This document shows, piece after piece, positions 51,238 to 62,195 of a stretch of 64,000 nt of DNA. The stretch is from an uncultured Acidobacteriota bacterium. Its GTDB lineage: Bacteria > Acidobacteriota > Blastocatellia > RBC074. The DNA lies in NCBI GenBank assembly GCA_963813345.1, contig CAWEYR010000010.1:70592-134591 (forward strand). Reading direction: 5' to 3'. Below the pieces are notes generated by a model. That model saw nothing but the letters and a program-made list of their open reading frames with translations. It searched no databases and was not told where the DNA came from. Made by a program: the position numbers and the translations under genes. Within the stretch, counting starts at the first letter, position 1; every line of letters starts with the position of its first letter.

Positions 51238-53240
51238 ATGAGCGAAAACAAGAATCTCGATCAGCTCTCGATCAATACCATACGCACACTTGCGATGGAT
51301 GCAGTTCAAAAGGCGAACTCGGGCCATCCTGGAATGCCGATGGGTATGGCCGCGGCGGCTTACGTGCTGTGGACGCGGCATCTGAGGCATAACCCAAAGA
51401 ACCCGAAGTGGCCAAACCGCGATCGCTTTGTGCTCTCTGCCGGCCACGGCTCGATGCTCCTCTACAGTCTTCTTTATCTGACGGGTTACGACGATTATCC
51501 GCTCGAGCAGTTGAAGCAGTTTCGTCAATGGGGAAGCCTGACGCCCGGACATCCGGAATCTGAGCTTACTCCCGCTATCGAAACCACAACAGGACCCCTC
51601 GGACAGGGTTTCGCCAACGGCGTCGGCATGGCGATTGGCGCTGAGTATCTTGTGGCCAATTTCAATCGCCCGGATCACGAGATATTCGACTATTACATCT
51701 ATTCCATCTGCTCTGATGGCGATCTCATGGAAGGCGTAGCTTCGGAGGCTGCGTCGATGGCAGGACACCTGAAGCTTGGCCGGCTGATCTATCTTTACGA
51801 TGACAATCAGATTTCGATCGATGGCAGCACATCGTTTGCCTTTACAGAAGACCCCGGGGCACGCTTCGAGGCCTACAACTGGCATGTCCAGGAAATTGAA
51901 GCGAATGATCTCGATGCAGTCGACAGGGCAATCAGGGCGGCAAAGGCTGACCCGCGACCATCGTTGATCCGAACAAAGTCGATCATCGGCTTTGGCAGTC
52001 CCAATAAAGCCGGCACGGCCAAAGCGCATGGCGAGCCCCTCGGCGTCGAGGAGGTGAAGCTGTCAAAGGAGAATCTGGGCTGGGAGTTCGATGAACCGTT
52101 CACGGTCCCCGAGGAAGCGCTCACGAACTTTCGACACGCGATAGAACGAGGACGTTCGCTTGAAGCGGGATGGGTGGAACGTGTTGCAGCATACTCGAAA
52201 GCACACCCTGATCTCGGCGCGCAATGGAGCGATTGGTCGAAGGGAAAGCTGCCCATCGGCTGGAACGAAGCGATGCCGCAATTCCCTCCCGATAAGCCGA
52301 TGGCGACGCGCGAAGCTTCCGGAAAGACTTTGAATGCTTTCGCAAAGACGCTTCCAATGCTGCTCGGTGGATCGGCAGACCTGCGACCTTCCAACAATAC
52401 CTTTCTCGAAGGGATGGGCGAATTCCAGCCGGACAATCGTGCCGGGCGCAACTTCCACTTTGGTGTACGCGAGCACGGAATGGGTTCGGTGATGAACGGA
52501 ATCGCGCTGACGCGTCCGCTCATTCCCTTTGGCGGCACGTTCATGATCTTCTATGACTACATGAGACCGCCAGTGCGCCTTGCCGCGATGATGGGTTTGC
52601 AGGTGATCTATGTCTACACGCACGACAGCATCGGACTTGGCGAAGATGGACCGACGCATCAACCAGTCGAGCAGTTGGCGGGGCTGCGCTCCGTTCCTAA
52701 TCTGACTTTGATACGACCGGCGGATGCGAACGAAACTGCGGTTGCGTGGCGCGTCGCTCTCGAGAACCGGCACGGGCCGACCGCGCTTGCCCTCACGCGC
52801 CAAAAACTCCCGGTGTTTGATCGGACGAAATACGCTTCAGCCGAAGGCCTTGCGCGTGGGGCATATGTGATGAGCGACCCGACAGGCGGCAAAGTGGATG
52901 TCATCCTCATCGCGACCGGGTCCGAAGTGTCAGTAGCTATCGACGCTCAGGATATTCTGGCAAGGGATGGCATCGGAGTCAGAGTTGTCAGCATGCCAAG
53001 CTGGGAGCTTTTCGAGAAGCAATCGAAAGACTATCAGGAGTCGATACTTCCTCGCGCAGTTACAGCACGTCTCTCCATCGAGGCGGGTGTCGCGCTTGGA
53101 TGGACAAAATATGTCGGATTGCAGGGCACGACGATCTCGATCGAGCGCTTTGGAGCCTCAGCGCCTTACCAGACGATCATGGAGCACCTTGGATTCACGG
53201 CAACCAATGTCGTGGATAAGGTGCACGCAATGTTTAAATC
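51238..53240 (+). CDS. tkt: Transketolase (true stop probably near 53240; the ORF reads through to 53577)
   Basis: [48 protein letters not shown]. Confidence 0.96.
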
Positions 53241-53241
53241 G

Positions 53242-53330
53242 TTTGGAGTACTGCTTGGTACCGCTTCAGGCGTGCATCGTGCGAGCGGAAGAAAAGCGGT
53301 GCCAAGATTCCGCCTCAAAGGCGCGTACTG
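53242..53330. repeat. Chimeric D/B REP element
   Basis: TTGGAGT..TTGGTACCGCTT / AAGCGGTGCCAAG (D-like) interleaved with CTTCAGGCG / GATTCCGCCTCAAAGGCG (B-like). Confidence 0.65.
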
Positions 53331-53331
53331 C

Positions 53332-54116
53332 CTAGGGCAGTACAATGAATACACTCCAGCGCTTTCCCTCCGAACGAACGCGGTCACAACAAACCCTGCA
53401 TTGATGGCGCGCGTAAATGCGTTGCGAGTCACCTCGCGCCATAGCCGCGCCATGTGTGGCTGGTCGCGCAACAAACGGTTGATATCGAGAGGAATCTCGA
53501 TTGCCACACTTGTGGCATTGTCATCCGAAACGATCTCCTTCGGACACTCCGATTCCTCACACCTCACGATCGTCTGACAATCTTCCGGCAATCTATCGCG
53601 ATCCTCACGTTCCGTCTTGAGATTCCAGGTCACCCACAGGCGATCGGTTGCAATGCTGTGAAGAAAGCTCGAGGTCTCTTCGCCATAGAAGTTGACAAGA
53701 TATCTGTCCGAAATGACGCCGAGCTTCGCGATATTGAAGTAAGCGTTCACGCTCTGCAGCGGATCAAATGTCCAGGTGATTCGATCGATCCCACTCGCGA
53801 GCGCGCGATCCCGCTGAGCGAGCTTTAGTTCATAACCTATATTGTGATTGCGAAATGACGGTCTGACCGCGGCCATATGAGAGTGGATCGTGACCCTGCC
53901 ATGCTCAAAACCAGGGAATCCATAGACAAAACCGGCCAGTTCGCTCCCATCGAATGCTCCTACCAGAACACCGCCGGCCTCCCTCGCGGCAACCAACTGC
54001 GAAAACGGAACGATGTCGCGGTCTTCAAACCCCCAGACGTCCTTCTGAAGGTCTTCCGCAAGACGCATCTCAGCGATGCTCGTAATGTCCCGGATGATAA
54101 GGTTGTGCGATGCCAA
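53332..54116 (-). CDS. GNAT acyltransferase (COG3375-like)
   Basis: HSHMAAV, LKLAQR, WTFDPL..NAYFN, NFYG, TDRL; probable stop at 53332. Confidence 0.85.
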
Positions 54117-54118
54117 CT

Positions 54119-55064
54119 TTATACCCTTGGCTTCAGCCCCTCGATGATGTCGCGATCTCGTGAACCGGTGTGACAGACGATGCAGGATTGCTGACCGCGC
54201 TCGTCAAAATCCGAAACGAGCGCATAGGTAAGTCCGCGGTCAGACCACGTGATCACATTCAGTCCAGCAATCGAATGGTAATGAAAGTTCAGACCCTTGA
54301 ATGGAATCTGTTCGCCTCCCGATGGCATGGCAGATTCGTTCGAAGTGACGACCAGCGTGATCGGACGCTGGCGCATTCGATATGCGACACACGCGGCATA
54401 GTCATTCTGAAGCGCGACGAGGCGAGCTCCTTCAAGCTCGTATAATCGCTCCTGACCTGACGATTCCTGGTAGTTCGGTAGCTTGAAACTGAAGCTCACC
54501 TTCCCCGCGAACCACTCAGAGATTTCCTGCGGGGAATCAGAAGTAATCTCGAGCGGGAGCTGCCCTCGAAGCCGCCTCTCATGTCGAATCAACTGCAAGC
54601 CGCGCAAAATCTGACGGCTCGGAGCGAAGCGTCGGCCGGTTGCGGTTGAAAGCGAGGTAAATGAACGACGCGAGGGCCGCTAACACCAGGCCAACCGCAA
54701 TCCAACGTTTGCCAAACCTTGGCAGACCGGAAGCGGCAAAGGGTCCGTCGATCGTTCCTGCGATCTTTCGTGCAATCCTTCTCCTCAGCCGGTTAGACGC
54801 GGTCGGGGAGCGACGGCTATTGGACGACCGAGTCTCCTCGGCAAGAATGCCGGCTAGTCTTGCGCGCAATTCCGAAGGCGTTTCGTCGAGAGGCCGAGCT
54901 TGCCGGACGCTCAACAGAAAACTCTCTTCGTTCTCGAAGAACGCGCGGCAGGCGTGACACGAAGAGAGATGTGCTTCCACATCTTCACGCTCGCGGTCAT
55001 CGAGCTCACCGTCAAGAAAAAACGCCATCTGCGCTCGAAAATTGTCACACCCGTTGACTGGCAT
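54119..55064 (-). CDS. Zinc-binding (HxxxCxxC) transmembrane anti-sigma factor; frameshift near 54585
   Basis: FFLDGELD..HLSSCHAC, a TM helix, C-terminal LTYALVSD. Confidence 0.88.
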
Positions 55065-55067
55065 AAA

Positions 55068-55616
55068 CTACGAAACAGTGCGTAATCTTGATTCCTTAAG
55101 CAGCGTACGAAGATTCTCCCGGGCGCGACCGAGCCTCGACATCACGGTTCCGGTCGGACAGTCGAGAATATTGGCTATCTGCTGATAGGTGAAACCTTCA
55201 AACTCACGCAACACGATTACCTCGCGGTGAGGCCCGGGCAGGCGTTTGATAGCCGCACGCACCTCCTCGCGCTCTGCTTTCCTTACCAGGAGAACGTACG
55301 GATCGTCTGAATTCGCAACAGAGCGAGTCGCGATCCTGAAGTCATCGTCACCATCCAAATCGACAAACGCCGGCCCGTTCCGTCTATGGCGAAGCTCATT
55401 CAGCCAGACGTTCCGCAGTATGGCAAACATCCAGCCTTTGAGATTGCTATCGGGAACCAGGTGCCCGAACGCTCTCACGGCCCGAAGGTAGGTCTCCTGG
55501 ACGAGGTCTTCGGCCTCAGTCCGGCGGTGCGTCAACGCCATGGCATAACCGTAGAGCGCGTCGAGATACCCCAGCGCCTCATCACTAAACTCACCTACAT
55601 CACCTCGGTTTGCCAT
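55068..55616 (-). CDS. ECF sigma-70 factor
   Basis: EAEDLVQETY, W..ILRN, GTVMSRL. Confidence 0.92.
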   Translation of the reverse strand: MANRGDVGEFSDEALGYLDALYGYAMALTHRRTEAEDLVQETYLRAVRAFGHLVPDSNLKGWMFAILRNVWLNELRHRRNGPAFVDLDGDDDFRIATRSVANSDDPYVLLVRKAEREEVRAAIKRLPGPHREVIVLREFEGFTYQQIANILDCPTGTVMSRLGRARENLRTLLKESRLRTVS

Positions 55617-55660
55617 CTTCGAAAGAATAACACGCGACCATAGGCAACTATTCCGAAGAA

Positions 55661-55812
55661 GGGGTCGGTGGTCAGTGGTCAGTGGTCAGTGTGAGTTCAG
55701 AGCTTCAGCTTGCTCTCAAAGATCGAGCTGCTAACGACAGACAAGTCTAAAGCTTCGAACTTCCATGACACTGACCACTGACCACTGACCCCTGACCCCC
55801 GACCCCCTCCCC
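55661..55812. repeat. Degenerate family A REPIN wrapped in inverted (GTGGTCA)n/(TGACCAC,TGACCCC)n arrays
   Basis: ggtggtcagtggtcagtggtcagt ... actgaccactgaccactgacccctgaccccc. Confidence 0.85.
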
Positions 55813-55829
55813 TGCTATACTATCGCTCC

Positions 55830-56822
55830 GTGACTTCACCCACGCGTTCGACATTAAAGCTTGTAGCCATTGGCGGCGGCACCGGTCTTGGGACCCTGCT
55901 GCGCGGCGTCAAGCCGTACCTTTCCACATCTTCGATACCCGGGTTGGAACTGACGGCAATCGTCACGGTCACTGATGATGGCCGCAGCTCGGGGAGACTC
56001 CGCGGCGAGTTCAGTGTACTGCCACCCGGTGACATTCGAAATTGCCTTTCTGCGCTTGCCGACGACGATTTGATCGTTTCGCATCTCTTCCGGCACCGGT
56101 TCCCCGGCGGAGGCGAGATCGGCGGGCATTCGCTTGGAAACCTGATTATTCTCGCACTTGGCCAGATGAAGGGTGATTTCCTTGGCGGAATTGAGGAAGC
56201 GCGAGCACTCCTCGGCATTGAAGCACGCGTTCTGCCTTCAACGCTCGATCAGGTTAACCTCGTCGCGAGGATGCAGGATCGTCTGGTGCGCGGCCAGGTT
56301 GCCATAAAATCGCAATTCGAGAGGATTGAGCAGCTTTCACTTTCGCCGGAAGACGCGCGCGCTTTGCCACAGGCAGTCGAAGCCATAGAAGATGCAGACC
56401 TGATAACACTGGGACCCGGCTCGCTCTTCACGAGCGTCATTGCAAACCTCCTTGTTCCGGGTATTCGCGACGCATTGACGCGATCCTGGGCGCGGAAGAT
56501 ATACATCTGCAACGTCATGACTGAGGCCGATGAGACTGACGGATTCAAGGCAATCGACCATATGAAAGAGATAGGTCGTTATGCCCCGGGGATTAAGATC
56601 GACTTTGGTCTTTTCAATTCGTCGCCAATCTCGACCGAGATGAGAGAGCGTTATGCTCAAGAGAAGGCGGTGGTCCTTGATCCTCCTCGAGAAAGTGATT
56701 TCGGGGAGACTGAGGCGCGCATGGTCGCGCTCCCGCTGGCATCCGAGGAGCGCGTTGTGCGTCACGATCCGTGGCGTTTGAGCAAGGCGATTCTCGACCT
56801 CTATAATGACGACGTCTCATGA
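55830..56822 (+). CDS. yvcK: YvcK/GlmR family (UPF0052) UDP-GlcNAc-binding protein
   Basis: [41 protein letters not shown]. Confidence 0.92.
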   Translation: MTSPTRSTLKLVAIGGGTGLGTLLRGVKPYLSTSSIPGLELTAIVTVTDDGRSSGRLRGEFSVLPPGDIRNCLSALADDDLIVSHLFRHRFPGGGEIGGHSLGNLIILALGQMKGDFLGGIEEARALLGIEARVLPSTLDQVNLVARMQDRLVRGQVAIKSQFERIEQLSLSPEDARALPQAVEAIEDADLITLGPGSLFTSVIANLLVPGIRDALTRSWARKIYICNVMTEADETDGFKAIDHMKEIGRYAPGIKIDFGLFNSSPISTEMRERYAQEKAVVLDPPRESDFGETEARMVALPLASEERVVRHDPWRLSKAILDLYNDDVS

Positions 56823-58213
56823 AACATCCTCTAACTGTACTTATTCTCGCAGCCGGCCTTGGGACGCGCATGAAAAGCACCAGGGCCAAAGTATTGCACC
56901 AGCTTGGCGGCCGTCCTCTGATAGCGCACGTTCTTAGAACGGTCGCACGCCTTGACCCTGATCGAATTGTCGTCGTCCTGGGCCATCAGGCTGACGAGGT
57001 AAAGTCCGCGTCAATTGACGCGTTAGCGGGATTGCCGGGGCAAGAGCGGCTCGAATTTGTGCTTCAGTCAGAGCAGCGAGGGACCGGGCACGCAGTTCTT
57101 TGCGCGCAGGAAGCACTCAGCAGGTCAGACGGAGACGTTCTGGTTGTTTATGGCGATGTGCCTCGCGTTCGGACAGAGACTCTTCGCGCATTGGTCGAAA
57201 TGCACTCTCAGCAGGAAAATGCAGCTACTCTGATAACTGCAATTGTGAACGACCCCTACGGATACGGGCGCATTATTCGAACCGCAGGCAACGACGCGGG
57301 TAAGCTCGAGCGCATCGTTGAAGAGAAAGATGCAAATCCGGACGAGCGGAAAATAAGAGAGGTCAATCCGGGTTTCTATTGCTTTGACGCTCGATCGCTG
57401 CTGGAGGCGCTCAAGCATCTGAATACCGACAATGCTCAAGGTGAGTATTACCTCACCGACGTACCGGCGCTGGCAATCAAGAACGGCGCGAGAGTCGGAA
57501 CGCTTACCCTCTCCACAGTTGAGGAGCTCATGGGCATAAACACGAGAGCGGAACTCGCCGAGACGTGGAAGCGAATGAGACAGGAGATTCTTGAGCGGCT
57601 TATGAGTTCAGGTGTAACAATCGTTGATCCCGCTTCAACCTACATTGACGACTCTGTCGAGATCGGTCAGGACACGATCATTCATCCTCAGGTGATCATC
57701 GAAGGCAATTCGCGAATTGGCAGCAATTGTGAGATCTTTTCGTGGACACGCCTCCGCAATGTCGACATTGGCACCGGTTGCCGCGTTCTCAATTCATGTC
57801 TGATCGTTGACAGCAAGCTTACGGAGAAGAACTCGGTCGGGCCTTTTGCACACTTAAGGATGAATGCCGAGCTGCTTCCTGAAGCCGTGGTCGGCAATTT
57901 TGTCGAGGTAAAGAAATCCCGCCTGGGAAGAAAAACCAAATCAATGCACCTGACATACCTGGGTGATGCGACGCTTGGCGATCGCGTAAATATCGGCGCA
58001 GGTACTGTCACTTGCAATTACGATGGAAAGCAGAAGAACGAGACTCATATTGAAGACGATGTCAAAATCGGATCAGACACCATGCTTGTCGCCCCGGTGC
58101 GCGTCGGTCGCGGTTCAGTCTCAGCTGCAGGATCGGTAATCATCGAGGATGTGCCACCGGATACGCTTGTCGCCGGTGTGCCCGCAAAAGCCAAGAAAAA
58201 AGTCTCGCGTTAG
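56819..58213 (+). CDS. glmU: Bifunctional UDP-GlcNAc pyrophosphorylase / glucosamine-1-P acetyltransferase
   Basis: [34 protein letters not shown]. Confidence 0.97.
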   Translation: MKHPLTVLILAAGLGTRMKSTRAKVLHQLGGRPLIAHVLRTVARLDPDRIVVVLGHQADEVKSASIDALAGLPGQERLEFVLQSEQRGTGHAVLCAQEALSRSDGDVLVVYGDVPRVRTETLRALVEMHSQQENAATLITAIVNDPYGYGRIIRTAGNDAGKLERIVEEKDANPDERKIREVNPGFYCFDARSLLEALKHLNTDNAQGEYYLTDVPALAIKNGARVGTLTLSTVEELMGINTRAELAETWKRMRQEILERLMSSGVTIVDPASTYIDDSVEIGQDTIIHPQVIIEGNSRIGSNCEIFSWTRLRNVDIGTGCRVLNSCLIVDSKLTEKNSVGPFAHLRMNAELLPEAVVGNFVEVKKSRLGRKTKSMHLTYLGDATLGDRVNIGAGTVTCNYDGKQKNETHIEDDVKIGSDTMLVAPVRVGRGSVSAAGSVIIEDVPPDTLVAGVPAKAKKKVSR

Positions 58214-58237
58214 AAAGTTCCCTTCCGGAGTAAATCG

Positions 58238-60103
58238 ATGTGCGGAATAGTCGGATACGTCGGCGGGCAGGAAGCCGTGCCCGTGATCATTGAAGGCCTG
58301 CGCCGTCTTGAATACCGCGGATATGACTCAGCCGGAATCGCGGTTGTCGATGAATCCGGCGAGCTCAATCTTCGAAGAGCCAGCGGCAAACTGCGTAATC
58401 TTGAAGAGGTATTGAAGGAGTCCCCAATTGCGGGAGACTATGGCGTTGGACACACGCGTTGGGCGACGCACGGTCGTCCGACCGAAGAGAATGCCCATCC
58501 GCATCGCGATTGCAGAGGCCGGATTGTAGTCGTCCACAACGGCATTATCGAAAACTATTTGATGCTCAAGCGCGAGCTTCAGGCAAAAGGCCACCATTTT
58601 GTAACCGAGACAGATACGGAAGTGATTGCGCATCTGATTGAGGCAGAAATGCACGGCGGTTCAGGCGGCGGATTTCCGGACGCCGTCCGAAGGGCGCTTG
58701 GCCACGTACGCGGAATCTATGCTCTGGCAGCGCTTTCTGCTGATGATCCGCACAGAATTGTGGCTGCGCGGCTTGGACCTCCAATCGTCATCGGACTCGC
58801 TGATCGTGAATTCTTTGTGGCTTCGGATATTCCCGCGATTCTTCCGCACACTCGTGACATGGTTTTCCTCGATGATGGCGACGTTGCGGTCATCGATCGT
58901 GCCGGCGTCCGAATATTCAACCGCGACGGAGTCGAGTCCGCGCCAAAGGTCCAGCACATAACGTGGGACCCGGTGCTTGCTGAGAAGGGCGGATACAGAC
59001 ACTTCATGCTCAAGGAAGTGTTCGAACAGCCGCGCGCCGTTCGCGATACAGCACAGGGAAGGATCTCAGTTGACACTGGACACGTATTCCTGGAGGAGGT
59101 AGCGGCGGCGATCGGAAATGTTCGAGAGGTCACAGACATTAAGATTTCTGCATGCGGTACAGCGTGGCACGCTGCTCTGGTGGCCAAACATCTGATAGAG
59201 GAGATGAGCAGGATTCCAGTAGAGGTCGACTACGCATCAGAGTTTCGCTATCGCAATCCTATACTTACTCCCAGCACACTGATGGTTGTGATTTCGCAAT
59301 CGGGAGAGACCGCCGACACGCTCGCCGCGCTCCGCGAAGCGAAGAATAAAGGATGCCGAACTGTCGCCATCTGCAATGTTCCCGGCGCGATGATGACGCG
59401 AGAGGCAGACGGCACACTCTACACTCACGCTGGTCCGGAGATCGGTGTCGCGTCGACAAAGGCATTTACGTCGCAGCTCGTGGCGGCTTATCTGCTGGCG
59501 CTCTTTCTTGGACAGGAACGAGGAACGCTCAAGGATGACGAACTGCGGCACCACGCACAAATGCTTTCGGAGCTTCCTGTCAGGCTCGAATCTCTGCTCG
59601 AGGGAGGAGTAGCCTACGATGAACTGGCAAAAGAGTTCTTCCGAGCCTCCGATTTTCTCTATCTCGGCCGGGGTATCAATTTTCCAATCGCTCTCGAAGG
59701 CGCTCTGAAGCTCAAAGAGATTTCCTACATTCACGCAGAAGGATACGCTGCCGGGGAGATGAAACACGGGCCGAATGCGCTTATTGATGAAAGCCTGCCT
59801 GTAGTGATTATCAACACGCTGGATCCTGATTCGCCATCATCGCGTCTGCGATATGAAAAGACGCTTTCGAATATTCAGGAGGTCAAGGCGCGCGATGGGC
59901 GTGTGATTGCCATCGTAACCGAAGGTGATCAGGAGACGCGCGGTATGGCAGACCACGTGATCGAGATTCCACATTCAAGCGAGCTTCTCTCACCTGTCCT
60001 CGCGGTTGTCCCGCTTCAACTGCTTGCCTATCACATCGCAGTCAGAAGAGGATGCGACGTCGATCAGCCAAGGAATCTCGCTAAGTCCGTGACGGTGGAA
60101 TAA
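58238..60103 (+). CDS. glmS: Glutamine-fructose-6-phosphate aminotransferase
   Basis: [34 protein letters not shown]. Confidence 0.98.
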   Translation: MCGIVGYVGGQEAVPVIIEGLRRLEYRGYDSAGIAVVDESGELNLRRASGKLRNLEEVLKESPIAGDYGVGHTRWATHGRPTEENAHPHRDCRGRIVVVHNGIIENYLMLKRELQAKGHHFVTETDTEVIAHLIEAEMHGGSGGGFPDAVRRALGHVRGIYALAALSADDPHRIVAARLGPPIVIGLADREFFVASDIPAILPHTRDMVFLDDGDVAVIDRAGVRIFNRDGVESAPKVQHITWDPVLAEKGGYRHFMLKEVFEQPRAVRDTAQGRISVDTGHVFLEEVAAAIGNVREVTDIKISACGTAWHAALVAKHLIEEMSRIPVEVDYASEFRYRNPILTPSTLMVVISQSGETADTLAALREAKNKGCRTVAICNVPGAMMTREADGTLYTHAGPEIGVASTKAFTSQLVAAYLLALFLGQERGTLKDDELRHHAQMLSELPVRLESLLEGGVAYDELAKEFFRASDFLYLGRGINFPIALEGALKLKEISYIHAEGYAAGEMKHGPNALIDESLPVVIINTLDPDSPSSRLRYEKTLSNIQEVKARDGRVIAIVTEGDQETRGMADHVIEIPHSSELLSPVLAVVPLQLLAYHIAVRRGCDVDQPRNLAKSVTVE

Positions 60104-60104
60104 T

Positions 60105-60184
60105 GTACGTTGTACCGCCTTTTAGGCGGAATCGCGGAAGCCAAAGTCGTGGAATCCAGGATTCCGCCTGAAGGCGGTACAACG
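60105..60184. repeat. Family B REPIN
   Basis: Inverted arms 60105-60134 and 60160-60184 between convergent genes. Confidence 0.9.
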
Positions 60185-60209
60185 ACCTTCCCGGACTTCA
60201 CGGCAGAAA

Positions 60210-62167
60210 CTACTTCCTGGCAAGTACTACAGGAGATTGCTCAGCCGCCAGAATACGTTGAAAAAAGCTGCGTACCTCAGAATACTGCTCGACCGGAATC
60301 GTCGCTGCCTTGAGGATCAGTGAGCGCTTGAAGATAAGGTGGCCGTCCTTGACTTCATACTTTACCGCGTAATTGCCAAACGAATGATTGAGCTCCGTGC
60401 CCTCCGGAATCTCATCAGTTTCGAATCCTGAAGGTAGTTTGATTTTCACAATTTCGCTGTACGCTTCTGCAGTGAGCACGACCGGTTGTGTGCGCTTTGC
60501 CGCAGTGAGAAAGACGGTCGAGCGGCGCGAGACGATTGCCGGTTTGAACATCAGCAGATTGCCACGCATCGATTTCGCGTAGCTGGGTGTCGTGAATTCG
60601 ACGTCGAGCACGAATTGTCCAGTATGCCAACTGTCCACCGGCTCAGCTTTTAGAACTTGTGCCGCGGGTACAGTCTGCGTGACCCAGACTTCAATAATCT
60701 TGTTGTACTGCGAACGCGCGGTCCGCTTTAATGTGCGACGCTCGTCAACAGCCGCCTGACCGTATGAACGTTCACGAATTGTAGCCGTCAGCGAGCCGTT
60801 TTCTGCGAGTACAGCGTCGACGGTTCGCTCCAACCGGTTTGCTTCAGGTGGGGTGACAGGCATCCTCACCAGGTCGCCCGCTTCACCTGCCGATATCAGT
60901 GCAAAGCTGCCTTGTTCGTGGTCCGGTAAGTCACCGAGCGGCGTATCGTCATCGGTCGGGTCAAAGATCAGCAGTCGACCGAGAGTCGGATGTTTGATGA
61001 CCGTCGCCGCCTCAGTCGCATCAGCGACTTTGACGGCGATAATGCAGTGATTGAATTGCTGGGGCGAAGGCCATTCCGGCCGTACACGGTTTGGGTCACC
61101 GGAGTAGATGACTACCGGGTATGCTTCGATGCCCAGAGACTTCAGCATTGCTCGCATCAGGTTCGCTTTGTCTTTGCAGTCACCGTAATTCTTGCTGAAG
61201 ACGTCAGCCGCCGAGTGCGGGCGGTATCCACCTCCGCGGCCAACATCGATTTGAATCGAAATGTAGTTGACGCTTTGTGCGTAGCGGCCAATAGCCTGAA
61301 TGCGCTCGAGCTCGTTTTTTGAACCTGCCGTCAGCTCGCGTGCTTTTGCTGCCATCGCTTCGTTGAAGTTCGCTTGAGGGTCGCTCAGTTCGCTTGTGTA
61401 ACGGGAAACGTCCTTCCAGGTATTAAAGCTCCTGAGGATTGTCCCTTTCCCCTGTGGCGGGTATATGTTGACGGCAATGTAGGTGCCAGGCAGCCTGGGA
61501 CTTGCCGGCTCGATCTCGATTGGCTTCAGATCTCTTAGTTCCCACGAGTAACTTCCCCCGTTCACTGCGGGTTCGATCTTATCGTGGTTGAACGCGATGC
61601 CTTCGGCGCGCCAGCCTGGCGGCATTGAAACGGTCAGTCGCGACATCACGACCGGATTCATGGTCTGGAAATACCACAGAAACTGTGAAAAGACTCCGCG
61701 CTCATCAGTAACAATCTCGTAGCCAAAAACACAACCGGCTTCAGCATCGTCCGCGGCAGAGATCACGCGTTCGCGGACATCGTTATACACGTCGTTGTCA
61801 GCTACCGCGCTATCAACAGTCTCTTTCTTGCCATAGCTTCTGATCTCCCCTGTCGGGCGAATCAGCCAGGCGCGCATGTCTTTCACCCGGCTCAGACCCG
61901 GTGTAGTACGCTTCGCTTGCTCTGGCGTAGCCGCGGCCTTCGCGCGAGAGTATCCTCACTGCCCACCAGGTCGTCGTCGCTATCCTGCCGTCCTCTTCGA
62001 CTGTCTTGCGTGATTCGTCGTGCAGCACGACAGCGTGAACTTCCTTGGCATGAGGTCGGCACATTGAGTGAAGCTGCTTGCTTTAGCCAGGGCGGTGGGT
62101 CATCGGCAAACGCAACTGCGCTCATCACGAAAAGCACGCAGGTACAAGCCATCAACCTATTGAACAT
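60210..62167 (-). CDS. DUF3857 + transglutaminase-like protein with intact Cys-His-Asp triad; frameshifts near 62045 and 61890
   Basis: Signal peptide, YGDCKDKA, FNHCI, FDPT. Confidence 0.88.
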
Positions 62168-62195
62168 CTGTCTGCTCCTGTTTTCACTGGTCGAA

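Noticed and set aside
51232-52803. Long antisense ORFs opposite tkt (and similar ones opposite nusA, VWA, DUF1592)
   Set aside because: Shadow ORFs expected from GC-rich codon usage on the coding strand
53240-53577. C-terminal extension of transketolase overlapping the GNAT gene
   Set aside because: Read-through across a corrupted REP; recognisable transketolase sequence ends near 53235
58214-58237. glmS ribozyme
   Set aside because: Only 24 nt separate glmU and glmS
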